A stretch of DNA of 64,000 bases from an uncultured bacterium (GCA_964417925.1 CAYQJV010000005.1:176-64175); one strand, 5' to 3'; counted from the stretch's first letter, positions 18,411-27,480 are shown. Numbers and translations are program-made. The notes: generated from the sequence alone by a model not told the origin.

Positions 18411-21158
18411 TTAAAATAGAATACTAAAACCAACCCTTATTAACCTGGGATTACCGTAGTTAAGTGGATTATCCACAAGGGGCTTTCTCGCATTCATGTA
18501 AGACTCATATGCTTCTCTTCTTGTAATATATCCATCGTGGTTGAAATCTCTTGCAGGATGATAATAAGTGGTTCCGATCCATCCAAGATCTGAAAAATCA
18601 TTTTCTGTAATTATAGCTCCATCATCATCTGGCTTACCCGTGGCTCCATGAACTGAAAGCACATTGGTAACATTGAAGAGATTTCTTATATCTGCGAACA
18701 CTTCCATGCTCAGCCCAAATATATTCAACTTTTTGGTGATCTTAGCATCTGTGTACCACACATTTGGCCTTCTTGCAGAATTTAAATCTCCTATCTGGTT
18801 ACCCCTGGTGTCTGTAGGAGTATATGGCAAACCGGTTCTGAAATACGTCACAAAACCAATTTCAGAATTCCTCAAAAGATTAATATGGAAATCCTTTGGA
18901 AACTTAAATCCAAGATCCCAGTTTAAAGTATGTCTTACATCATAATCAAGCCAGTAATCAACAGCTGGTATGGTAATGCCTCTGTAACTCAGATAGTAAT
19001 TTGCATAAGCTGTGGCAGCTGTTCCCTTTGCCTCTTGATAGGTATAGGAAATCTTGGTATGCCAGAATTGTCCCTCAACAAGAAGTTTTGTAAGTGTTAC
19101 TTCAAATCCCTTTACCCTTCCAAATGCAGTATTCTTGTAGAGATAATAAGACATAGGAAGTGCCTGAATCAATTCAGTAGTTACAAGGTCATAAATATCT
19201 TTGTAAAATAGTGTTAAATCAAATGCAAAATAATCGGTCAACTGAGCTTCAAACCCCGTTTCATAGGCGATTGTTTTTTCTGCTGCGAGATCAGGATTAC
19301 CTACTATTATATTCCCCCTTCTTGAAACATCTGCATGCAGAGATTCATAGAGATAGGAAAACCCAGGATCCTGGAAGAAATGCCCGTAGAAAAATCTAAA
19401 CTTAACTCTATCAGTAACAGGAAATGCCATCCCAAATCTTGGGGAGATTTTATATTTGATGGTTGCCCTTACTGTATCATTTCTAAAAAGGCTTTCAGGA
19501 TATACCCTTTTATAAGCAGCTGGATCAAGCATATCCAATCTGAATCCACCCCTTAAGACAAGACCTTCAAAGTCTGCCCTATCCTGTACATAAGCAGCAA
19601 ATCTAACAGGATGTAGTTTATAAGCATCCCAGAATGGATTTGGATCCCAAGGAAGAGAATTCTCATAAAGCATTAAGGTATATTTGTTAAAATCAAAGCC
19701 CGTTTTAAATTCATGTACCTTACCTATGTTAAGGGTATAATCTCCCTTTGCAATATAGGTTTCTGAGGCTCTAAAATGCCATAATCTATAGTCTCCTTCA
19801 CCAATATATAGACCAAAAACGCCCCACGGATTATTGGTTCCATACCATGGTTCTGTAAATATCTCCAATTTATAAAGATTTTTAACTGCTGTATCAGGTG
19901 GTAAGGTATCATTGTGCAGAACAAAATCTTCTGCTTTAAATTTAAATCTATGCCATATACCTGCTTTATCCAGAATCCCCCATATACCTTGCAAATTTTC
20001 TTCTGCTTCTTTATCTCTTATTCCTATAATTCTTCCATTGTAAAAGTATCCAAGTTTAAAATTAATAACACCACTACCAATCATCATATTGAACAACAGA
20101 TTAAGCCTTCTAAAATCCATTCTGTTAGAACGATAATGGTCAAGCCAGTATCTCCAAGACATACTAAAAGAATTCCACTGTTCACTGCTTAAAAATGCAG
20201 CAAGATTTATTTTACCCGAAGGAAACCTAAATGTTAACTTGCCTTCTATTCTTCCCTCATCTCTTTTGCTTGGCAATCTATCTCTATTGGTGTATAGATA
20301 ATCTCTTGTAAAGAGCTCTCCTGAAATAAAGTAGCCTGATTTTTTTATCCCCGGCAAGGGCCCAGAAATATGCCCCTGCCAGTACTTGTATCCATAATTC
20401 AGTGCTGTAGTTGGGAATATAGCATCTGTAGTGTATCTTAAAGCTCCCTCTACACCTGGTTTTGTACCTCCTTCCTTTGTAACTACCTGAATTACTCCAG
20501 ACATTGCCTGGCCATATTCAGGGTCAAAACCACCTGTTAAAACAATAACCTCCTGTATTGCATCCCTTGAAGGAGAAGCATAAGAAATGCCATAAAATGG
20601 ATCCTGAGTATTAATACCATCTACATATGTGGCAACCTCACCAAACCTTCCTCCACGAATATGGGTATAGCCATCTGCAGTAGTAACTCCTGCCTGCAAT
20701 GCGACAAGTCCGGTTAAAGTTTGAACGGGTAATCTATCAAATTCTTTTGAAGAGATAACTCTTGTAGTCTGTACTGCTGTTCTCACTACTACATCTCTTT
20801 TAGCCCTTACCTCAACAGGACCAACCTCAATCACCGTTGGCCTCAACTTAAAATCCACAGTGGTTGTTTGGTCAGGAATAACCAGTACTCCTGTTTTTCT
20901 TACAGTTTGATATCCTATGTATGACGCAACCACAGTGTATGTTCCTGGTGGAATATTAAAAATAAGATAACTTCCTGTCTCATCGGTGGCTGCTCCAAGG
21001 TCTGTACCCTCAATTATAATGTTAACTCCTATAAGGGGCTCTCCGGTCTCTGCATCTACAACCCTTCCCGTAATTCTTCCTGTCTCTCCTGCCCATAAAA
21101 GGGCAAAGAGAGCTATAAGTAAAACTATCTTCCTCATCATATCCCCCTTGTTATTCAA
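18411..21158 (-). CDS. TonB-dependent receptor with CarboxypepD_reg domain (module 2), paralog of 11160-14264
   Basis: N-terminal 100 aa about half identical to TBDR-1 (GRVVDAETGEPLIGVNIII...PGTYTVVASYIGY), plug motifs, terminal Phe. Confidence 0.85.
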   Translation of the reverse strand: MNNKGDMMRKIVLLIALFALLWAGETGRITGRVVDAETGEPLIGVNIIIEGTDLGAATDETGSYLIFNIPPGTYTVVASYIGYQTVRKTGVLVIPDQTTTVDFKLRPTVIEVGPVEVRAKRDVVVRTAVQTTRVISSKEFDRLPVQTLTGLVALQAGVTTADGYTHIRGGRFGEVATYVDGINTQDPFYGISYASPSRDAIQEVIVLTGGFDPEYGQAMSGVIQVVTKEGGTKPGVEGALRYTTDAIFPTTALNYGYKYWQGHISGPLPGIKKSGYFISGELFTRDYLYTNRDRLPSKRDEGRIEGKLTFRFPSGKINLAAFLSSEQWNSFSMSWRYWLDHYRSNRMDFRRLNLLFNMMIGSGVINFKLGYFYNGRIIGIRDKEAEENLQGIWGILDKAGIWHRFKFKAEDFVLHNDTLPPDTAVKNLYKLEIFTEPWYGTNNPWGVFGLYIGEGDYRLWHFRASETYIAKGDYTLNIGKVHEFKTGFDFNKYTLMLYENSLPWDPNPFWDAYKLHPVRFAAYVQDRADFEGLVLRGGFRLDMLDPAAYKRVYPESLFRNDTVRATIKYKISPRFGMAFPVTDRVKFRFFYGHFFQDPGFSYLYESLHADVSRRGNIIVGNPDLAAEKTIAYETGFEAQLTDYFAFDLTLFYKDIYDLVTTELIQALPMSYYLYKNTAFGRVKGFEVTLTKLLVEGQFWHTKISYTYQEAKGTAATAYANYYLSYRGITIPAVDYWLDYDVRHTLNWDLGFKFPKDFHINLLRNSEIGFVTYFRTGLPYTPTDTRGNQIGDLNSARRPNVWYTDAKITKKLNIFGLSMEVFADIRNLFNVTNVLSVHGATGKPDDDGAIITENDFSDLGWIGTTYYHPARDFNHDGYITRREAYESYMNARKPLVDNPLNYGNPRLIRVGFSILF

Positions 21159-22086
21159 CCACCTTTATAGGTATTGCTATCATCGAGGCTTTTAATGATT
21201 CCTTTGGATATACAAATACATGGTATATAATTGCCTCAAAGTAAATCTTCTTCAACCCCGGCTCAGTAAAAACAAATTTCTTTGTAGTATCTGAATAAAT
21301 GTAGTGTTTTCCATCTATCACAAAATATTTAACAGTAGTATCTATAACATTGAATCCTCTTTCAGGGTCCAGGGCTGTCCAAAAACTCTCTATCTCTACC
21401 GTATCTCCTGCTTTCACAGAAATAAGGGAATCAACTGAATAAAGTCTTTCTACTCCATAGGTTGTAGTATCTGGTCTATAATAAATTGTATCCTTCCCAC
21501 CAGAATGACTTAAGATCACACGGAAAACAACAGGAGCATCCTGAATATTGGGAATATCCATTTTTGCTCCGCCTGTTATCTTGGAAAGAATCCAATTCCC
21601 TTCGTCATCCCTTTCAAAGAAAGCCCTCCTCCACACCTCTGCCTCAAAACTCTTTTCAAAGGTTGTATCAATAGAAGTGGGTGTACTATCTCCTTTTCTA
21701 TACACTTTATCAATATAAATCTCAATTGTCCCTTTCAAAGAATCAATTATCTCAACCTCAAGGGTAGTATCAAAAGGACTCAAAATCATCGTATCTTTAT
21801 GAATACTATCCGTAATGTTTCTAAAAAATCCATAAGGTATATATCTTTCCATAGAGATATTATCCTTAACATAATCTTCAATAACTCCAGGAAGCTCTAC
21901 CTTTTCTTTTTCAAGAAAGCCAAGAGAATATATTATATCTTGATTCTCTTCCAAAAGATTCATAATTGCAGTTGTATCCTCTGAAGAGGGTTCCCAGGGA
22001 GGTGGGGGAGGTTCTTTGGTACAACTATTAATAAAAAATAGCAATATCCCTATTATTACACATCCTATCCCATGCTTTATCCTCAT
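21151..22086 (-). CDS. lipoprotein of unknown function (lipobox FFINSC, Pro-rich linker)
   Basis: Signal peptide with Cys lipobox, PPPPPWEP linker; sits immediately upstream of TBDR-2 with 8-nt overlap. Confidence 0.6.
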   Translation of the reverse strand: MRIKHGIGCVIIGILLFFINSCTKEPPPPPWEPSSEDTTAIMNLLEENQDIIYSLGFLEKEKVELPGVIEDYVKDNISMERYIPYGFFRNITDSIHKDTMILSPFDTTLEVEIIDSLKGTIEIYIDKVYRKGDSTPTSIDTTFEKSFEAEVWRRAFFERDDEGNWILSKITGGAKMDIPNIQDAPVVFRVILSHSGGKDTIYYRPDTTTYGVERLYSVDSLISVKAGDTVEIESFWTALDPERGFNVIDTTVKYFVIDGKHYIYSDTTKKFVFTEPGLKKIYFEAIIYHVFVYPKESLKASMIAIPIKVVE

Positions 22087-22099
22087 GTTTTTCCTCCTT

Positions 22100-22128
22100 C
22101 TGTGGAGAGGGAACTCCCCTCTCCACAG
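22100..22128 (-). promoter_or_regulatory. intercistronic GC-rich stem-loop (CTGTGGAGAGGG-AACTC-CCCTCTCCACAG)
   Basis: Perfect 12-bp inverted repeat immediately 5' of AAGGAGGAAAAAC-ATG of the lipoprotein gene. Confidence 0.5.
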
Positions 22129-22137
22129 AGTTTAACT

Positions 22138-23871
22138 TTACCTTATTAAGGTAATCTTACCAGAGTAAGTACCTTTTTCTGTTTTTAAAGTGTAGAAGTA
22201 TATGCCTGAACTAAGGCCTGGAACTTTTATCTGATTGTTTCCACGTGTTACATTTAACGTTCTTTCAAAGACCTTTCTGCCTGCAGTATTGTAAAGTACA
22301 ATACGAGCATTATCAACAGCAGTTTTTGAAGTTATATGTATAGCACCTGTTCCTCCAAACACTGTAATGTTTTCAGAAACCACGGCCTCCTCAATTCCTA
22401 CGGTTGTGGGTACTTTTAGTATCACAGGAAGATATTTGTCGTAAATTGTTGCAAGTTCATCGTTAAGCAGATGAGTATAGTAAACATCTCTTCCATCTAA
22501 CTGTTCACAGAAGAATATGTGAGCAACTGCAGTACTGTCATCCACAATCTGAAGGTTCTTTGCTACATGAGGCCTACATTCAGTCTCTTCCTCAGTATTT
22601 GTAACATTTGCCTCACTAAGATCGTTCCACTCCACCCCTCTGTTCCAACTATACCTTACGTATATATCCCACCTTATTCCTTCTCCAGCTGTGGAATCTG
22701 CAATATCTTCCTGCTGCCCCCATACCGCTGCAATCCATTTATCAGAAGTAGCCAAACTTATACAACCAGGGTCTACAAGTGGTGCTATTGCACCTGGATC
22801 AGGCTCTGCATTTACAAGAAATGCGGTATCACTAACTTCAGGAATGTATACATACACTGCACCAAAAGGAGGATATCTTCCTGTCTGGTCATAGTATTCA
22901 TACCGAGAATAGATAAATGCAGGAGAACCATCATCAAACAATGCAACCTGTAAATCCACATAAGCTGGTTGACCTTCTTTGAATAGATGGAATGTATCAA
23001 TTACAGGAACATAAAACTCTATAGGTTGAGGGGATGACCAGGTTTCTCCTTCATCTTCTGAGGTTACATAATAATACCCATGAGAATTATTATCCCATGC
23101 CGCCACAATTATCTTGTCTCCTCTAACATCCCAACCAGAAAGAAAAACTGCATCTCCTAAATCTGGGAACAATTGTGTCTGTACCTCAGTAGAGGTAAAA
23201 TCATCCAAGGTTCTATAAAACCATACAGCACCCTTATCAGTTCCTAAAGTAATCTGCATTACAATACCAATGGCACCACTCTCCAGCTGTTTTCCTATCA
23301 CTTTATGACAATCAATATCACCTCCTAAGGGAAGAGGATCATCCCATACTCCACTTCCCCATCCACCAGAACCATATGCTCCAGCAGGAATCCCCCAGGC
23401 AGGACCTTCTGTCAACACAGGGAATGTAGCTCTTGGATAATCGTCATAGGAAACCACTGCTGTAGGATACCTTCCTCCAGGATTTGACCCAGAAATTCCA
23501 AACTCTCCCCTAAAAATGGTATCAGCAATATTTTCTGAAGTAAATTGATCAGATGAACTATGTGCTATTATAATTCCTGTAGGATCAAGACCTCTATTCA
23601 CTATCAACACATAACCAGCTTCTGGATTCCAAGAAATACATTCATGTAATGCCCCAAAAAGACATCCCCAAGCATGGCCTGAAGAGTCTACAATAACTCC
23701 TGTGCTGAATTTCACATCAGGAGAAGGCGAAATATAACGGCCATTCTCCGCATCAAAAGGACTGTACTTATTAAGTATCATCGCACTTTTATTGAGTTCG
23801 TTAACAGGTATATACATTGCTGCTGTTAACACACTCACCATAAAAACACTTAATAACATCTTCTTCATCAT
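22138..23871 (-). CDS. BNR/Asp-box repeat secreted protein with T9SS C-terminal sorting domain
   Basis: Signal peptide, SxDxGxTW-type repeat (TSEDEGETWSS), C-terminal CTD (ARIVLYNTAGRKV...SGIYFYTLKTEKGTYSGKITLIR). Confidence 0.7.
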   Translation of the reverse strand: MMKKMLLSVFMVSVLTAAMYIPVNELNKSAMILNKYSPFDAENGRYISPSPDVKFSTGVIVDSSGHAWGCLFGALHECISWNPEAGYVLIVNRGLDPTGIIIAHSSSDQFTSENIADTIFRGEFGISGSNPGGRYPTAVVSYDDYPRATFPVLTEGPAWGIPAGAYGSGGWGSGVWDDPLPLGGDIDCHKVIGKQLESGAIGIVMQITLGTDKGAVWFYRTLDDFTSTEVQTQLFPDLGDAVFLSGWDVRGDKIIVAAWDNNSHGYYYVTSEDEGETWSSPQPIEFYVPVIDTFHLFKEGQPAYVDLQVALFDDGSPAFIYSRYEYYDQTGRYPPFGAVYVYIPEVSDTAFLVNAEPDPGAIAPLVDPGCISLATSDKWIAAVWGQQEDIADSTAGEGIRWDIYVRYSWNRGVEWNDLSEANVTNTEEETECRPHVAKNLQIVDDSTAVAHIFFCEQLDGRDVYYTHLLNDELATIYDKYLPVILKVPTTVGIEEAVVSENITVFGGTGAIHITSKTAVDNARIVLYNTAGRKVFERTLNVTRGNNQIKVPGLSSGIYFYTLKTEKGTYSGKITLIR

Positions 23872-23934
23872 TACCTCCTTTTTCTTTTTATTTATTTTTT
23901 ATTTATTTTTTTATTTTTATCACCCCCTTTCTTT

Positions 23935-24552
23935 TTAATCTGTTAATCTAAAGTGGAAGGGTATGGAAACCCATACCCTCACATACCTATCTCTCTGTTT
24001 AGCAGGAGAAAAGAGCCATTGTCTTGCAGCCTGCACCGCTGCTCTATCAAGTTCAGCATTTCCTGAAGATTTAAGTATTTTAACATCTATTACTTTTCCA
24101 TCTGTATCAACAAGTGCGCTTACTACCACAGTTCCCTCTATCTCCGCCTTTCTTGCAAGTTCAGGATAAACAGGCTTAACCTGCCTGATAGGTTTTGGCT
24201 TTACTTCCACTTTATAATAAGGAACAACAGGAACTTCAACACTTTCTTCAGGTTTTTTGTATATCTCAGCAAAATCGGTTGTAGAAATTGTAGCAGCCTC
24301 CACCTCTGCCTCTGATTCAGCTGCCACTGGAAGAGCAGGTTTCTGTTCTGGAGGAGGTTCCACTATTTCTTGTAGTTCACTTGGGATATTTTCTGCAATA
24401 AGTTCTATCTTTTTCTTAGGCTTATAAGGAGTCACCTTTATTTCACGGGGGAGTAGTACAAAAAGAAGTATATGAATCAATAAAGCACCCGCTATACCTA
24501 TTCGTAGATAAATTGGGTACTCTCTTTTTAAATCCATCACCTCAACGGCCAT
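23935..24552 (-). CDS. tonB: energy transducer TonB
   Basis: N-terminal TM anchor, Pro/Glu-rich spacer, C-terminal TonB domain (VKPVYPELARKAEIEGTVVVSALVDTDGKV). Confidence 0.75.
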   Translation of the reverse strand: MAVEVMDLKREYPIYLRIGIAGALLIHILLFVLLPREIKVTPYKPKKKIELIAENIPSELQEIVEPPPEQKPALPVAAESEAEVEAATISTTDFAEIYKKPEESVEVPVVPYYKVEVKPKPIRQVKPVYPELARKAEIEGTVVVSALVDTDGKVIDVKILKSSGNAELDRAAVQAARQWLFSPAKQRDRYVRVWVSIPFHFRLTD

Positions 24553-24560
24553 ACTTCCTC

Positions 24561-24971
24561 CTAAGTTTCATATTCCGTTGCAAAAGTTAGTTTAAGTGCT
24601 CCAACCTCTCTTAACTTTTCTATCACCTGGTTCACCGTTTTATATTTTGCGTAGTGGTCAGCCCTGAGTATAACTATGAGGTCAGGGTTCTCTGTAAGCT
24701 TCTCCTGAATTTTAACGCCAAGCAAGGAAAGGCTTACCAACTTATCATCAATAACAATTCTGCCCTCCCTATCCACCCATACATTCGTAGTATTCCTACG
24801 CAATCTTATTCTTTCGGTTGCCTTTGCCTTTGGAAGAGTAATTGGAATTCCTTTTTCAACTCTAAAAACAGTTGTAACCATAAAGAAAAGTATCAAAAGA
24901 AATGCAATATCCGACATAGAAGCAGTAGGAATATAGGCTTCGTGTTCCTTTTTTCTTTTTATCTTCATCAC
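24561..24971 (-). CDS. exbD: biopolymer transport protein ExbD/TolR
   Basis: Single N-terminal TM (IAFLLILFFMV) plus periplasmic ExbD fold; tandem with paralog. Confidence 0.8.
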   Translation of the reverse strand: MMKIKRKKEHEAYIPTASMSDIAFLLILFFMVTTVFRVEKGIPITLPKAKATERIRLRRNTTNVWVDREGRIVIDDKLVSLSLLGVKIQEKLTENPDLIVILRADHYAKYKTVNQVIEKLREVGALKLTFATEYET

Positions 24972-25375
24972 TCCTCCTCAAGAGGTACAAGACTTATTCG
25001 CTTTGCCTTTGCAAGTTTTAATTCATCTAAAACATCTATCATTATTTTATAAGGAGCAGAAGGGGAGACTTTTATAGCAAATGCAAGACTCTCATTTTCT
25101 CCTAAAGCCCGCTCTATTTTCTCCCTCAATTGAGGAATTGTAATTTTTTCATTCTCTATTAACACATCCCCCACAGGATTGACGAGTATTTCCATAATAT
25201 TTTCTTTTTTAACCTTCACCGTCTCACCTTTTTCAGGCAACAATAATTTCAATCCCTTTTCTCTGGCAAATATAGTGGCGGTCATAAAAAATATAATCAG
25301 AAGAAAGGCAATATCTGCCATAGAGGCTGTAGGAATCTCAGCCTTGGTTTCTTTTCTTTCTCTAAGGGTTACCAT
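24968..25375 (-). CDS. exbD: biopolymer transport protein ExbD/TolR (second paralog)
   Basis: Same architecture (ADIAFLLIIFFMTAT); 4-nt overlap with neighbours. Confidence 0.8.
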   Translation of the reverse strand: MVTLRERKETKAEIPTASMADIAFLLIIFFMTATIFAREKGLKLLLPEKGETVKVKKENIMEILVNPVGDVLIENEKITIPQLREKIERALGENESLAFAIKVSPSAPYKIMIDVLDELKLAKAKRISLVPLEEE

Positions 25376-25378
25376 TTT

Positions 25379-26005
25379 TTATCCCTTTGATTTTAAAATA
25401 CCTTTTTCTAAAAGGAAATCTACAAGCACAGAGGCAGCCTCTTCCATATCTCTTGCGTATCTATTAATCACAGCTGAATAAAGGGTGTGAAATAACACCA
25501 CCGGCGCTGCAATGGCAAGTCCTGAAGCAGTGGTAATCAAAGCCTCAGAGATACCTGATGCTACAATTGTAGGTTCTACTTCTCCTGCTTTTGCGATAGC
25601 ATCAAAAGCACTTATCATTCCAGTCACTGTACCAAGAAATCCAAGAATTGGGGCAAGGGTGGAAGCCATGGAAAGCCATATCATCCCTCTGTCAAGAAAC
25701 GCAAGTTCCACTGCTCCAGCAGCAGAAATACTTTCTTCAACTACCTCCTTCCCAAGCTTCACCTTTGCAAGGCCTGCTCCCAGTATCTTTGCTACTGGCT
25801 GAGGTGTTTTATCACACAGTTCCTTAGCAGCCTCTATGCCTTCCTCTTCTATAACTTGTTTTAGTCTTTCTACAAACTTTAATGGATTCAACCTTGCTTT
25901 AATAAGAAGAGTTATGGCTCTTTCTATTATAAAAGCAAGAGCTATAAGAGATACCACAAGAAGGGCATACATTACTCTTCCGCCTTTAATGAAGAGTTCT
26001 ATCAT
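25379..26005 (-). CDS. exbB: MotA/TolQ/ExbB proton-channel protein
   Basis: Three TM segments, conserved C-terminal TolQ/ExbB region (GTVTGMISAF...GISEALITTASGL). Confidence 0.85.
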   Translation of the reverse strand: MIELFIKGGRVMYALLVVSLIALAFIIERAITLLIKARLNPLKFVERLKQVIEEEGIEAAKELCDKTPQPVAKILGAGLAKVKLGKEVVEESISAAGAVELAFLDRGMIWLSMASTLAPILGFLGTVTGMISAFDAIAKAGEVEPTIVASGISEALITTASGLAIAAPVVLFHTLYSAVINRYARDMEEAASVLVDFLLEKGILKSKG

Positions 26006-26033
26006 TCATTCCTCCTTTCTTTTGCTTTTTAAA

Positions 26034-26061
26034 ATTATAACTCATAATAATATTTTGTCAA
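26034..26061 (-). promoter_or_regulatory. sigma70-like promoter on minus strand (TTGACA -35 at 26056-26061, TATAAT -10 at 26034-26039, 16-bp spacer) upstream of exbB
   Basis: Both hexamers are perfect consensus; AGGAGG RBS then exbB ATG about 25 nt downstream. Confidence 0.55.
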
Positions 26062-26062
26062 A

Positions 26063-26413
26063 TCATCTTTCAATCCAGATTGTAAATATGTATACCCCTA
26101 AAAAAAACAAAAGCCCTGCTATAAATATAAAACCATTCATCATAAGTGTAGCCTGCATATAACTCTTAATAAGAGGAAAAAGGTCCAAAGGCCCTGCACA
26201 CATTAATCTTGTAGAGATGTTAACCAGTCGGTATATGTTTAAAACAAGGGCAACCAAAATTAAAATAGCAGAGACTCCAGAACATACCCATACCGGCGGT
26301 TTTTTTAAATAAAATATAAGAAATTTCAATAATCTCGCAACCTTAAACAGTACCACAACCAATATTATCATCCCTAATATAAATACAATTTGTGGAATAA
26401 TCTCTATTTTCAT
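26063..26413 (-). CDS. small integral membrane protein, unknown function (116 aa)
   Basis: Three predicted TM helices; overlaps next gene by 4 nt. Confidence 0.5.
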   Translation of the reverse strand: MKIEIIPQIVFILGMIILVVVLFKVARLLKFLIFYLKKPPVWVCSGVSAILILVALVLNIYRLVNISTRLMCAGPLDLFPLIKSYMQATLMMNGFIFIAGLLFFLGVYIFTIWIER

Positions 26414-26754
26414 TTCTTAAATATTAAATTTGAAAATCTTATAATACCTATAAGTATCGTTATACCAGAAATCAAAGAGAAAATATACGAAATCCACTCT
26501 AATGTTACCGGAGGTTTTATGTACCCAAGTACTACACCAGAAATAAAAATAATACCAGCAAAAATCATGTATCCTGAAGGAGCTAAATATAAAAATATCC
26601 AATTGGTTTTAACATTCAATACTTTTTCATATTTTTTGGCTACTCTTCCTATGAAGAAAAATCCTAACCAAAACAGTATTGCTCCTCCAACAAGCAGTAT
26701 GTATGAGCAGGTAACAAACCAAAAGTATTCAGTAGGAGAAAGTCCATACATCAT
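26410..26754 (-). CDS. small integral membrane protein, unknown function (114 aa)
   Basis: Hydrophobic 4-TM-like profile, translationally coupled to neighbours. Confidence 0.5.
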   Translation of the reverse strand: MMYGLSPTEYFWFVTCSYILLVGGAILFWLGFFFIGRVAKKYEKVLNVKTNWIFLYLAPSGYMIFAGIIFISGVVLGYIKPPVTLEWISYIFSLISGITILIGIIRFSNLIFKK

Positions 26755-27341
26755 TCAATACCTGTTTCTATAAGTTTCCAGAATGCCCCTGATTCATTGC
26801 GTTGCACAATACCGGTGTTGTTTTTGAACCAGTAGGTAAATTTAAATGTGTCTATCTTGATAATCTCTTGATAAGAAATACACCAAGCCTCTCCTGTTTC
26901 TAACTCTTCCATGCCATCCACATGTGCCTTTAGTATATAGGCGATATTTCCATTTTCATCGTATAAAGTATCGCTCCATTCTTTGTTTTTATAGAGAGGT
27001 AAATCTATCAATCTTATAAATCCTTTTGCTATCTCCTTTTTCTCCCCAAATTCTATGGTATCTTTTTTTATATACCTGCTTAAACCATTATCATTGTTTA
27101 AAAATGTAATATCTATGCCTTGCAAAACTATCTTGAACTCTATTCCTTCTATTATAGTATCTCCTATCACACTCCACTTTTCTTCACTCTCCTCTGAAGA
27201 ATAGATCCAATATCTTCCGTTCTCCAAAGGAAAACAAAAATCACTCTCCTCCTTCCACTGAGTACAGGAGAAAATACCCAGTAAGGTAATCAAACCATAG
27301 TGAAGCTTCACATTTTTCAATATACACATAAAACCACCCAT
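26751..27341 (-). CDS. secreted/lipoprotein-like protein of unknown function (196 aa)
   Basis: N-terminal hydrophobic segment with Cys (LLGIFSC); first gene after promoter region next to tRNA-Ile. Confidence 0.5.
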   Translation of the reverse strand: MGGFMCILKNVKLHYGLITLLGIFSCTQWKEESDFCFPLENGRYWIYSSEESEEKWSVIGDTIIEGIEFKIVLQGIDITFLNNDNGLSRYIKKDTIEFGEKKEIAKGFIRLIDLPLYKNKEWSDTLYDENGNIAYILKAHVDGMEELETGEAWCISYQEIIKIDTFKFTYWFKNNTGIVQRNESGAFWKLIETGIE

Positions 27342-27366
27342 GTCAAGTTAGTTTTACAAAAAATAC

Positions 27367-27394
27367 TTGACATAAAAAAAGTTTTATGTATTAT
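27367..27394 (+). promoter_or_regulatory. sigma70-like promoter for tRNA-Ile (TTGACA 27367-27372, TATTAT 27389-27394)
   Basis: Consensus -35, 16-bp spacer, -10-like hexamer about 10 nt before tRNA 5' end. Confidence 0.4.
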
Positions 27395-27403
27395 TTATAA
27401 AAA

Positions 27404-27477
27404 GGGCCTATAGCTCAGTCGGTCAGAGCGCGCGCCTGATAAGCGCGAGGTCGGTGGTTCGAATCCACCTGGGCCCA
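27404..27477 (+). tRNA. tRNA-Ile (anticodon GAT)
   Basis: Cloverleaf: acceptor GGGCCTA/TGGGCCC, D-loop AGCTCAGTCGGTCAGAGC, anticodon loop CTGATAA, T-loop GGTTCGAATCC. Confidence 0.9.
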
Positions 27478-27480
27478 TGT

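Noticed and set aside
27404-27477. tRNA-Ile as a possible genomic-island integration site for the 21-kb TonB/T9SS region
   Set aside because: No integrase, no direct repeat of the tRNA 3' end at the far boundary (clpX end), and no compositional discontinuity visible; the region looks native.
27454-27480. ORF-track start of sppA (MVRIHLGPC)
   Set aside because: Overlaps the 3' half of tRNA-Ile; start moved to ATG 27481.
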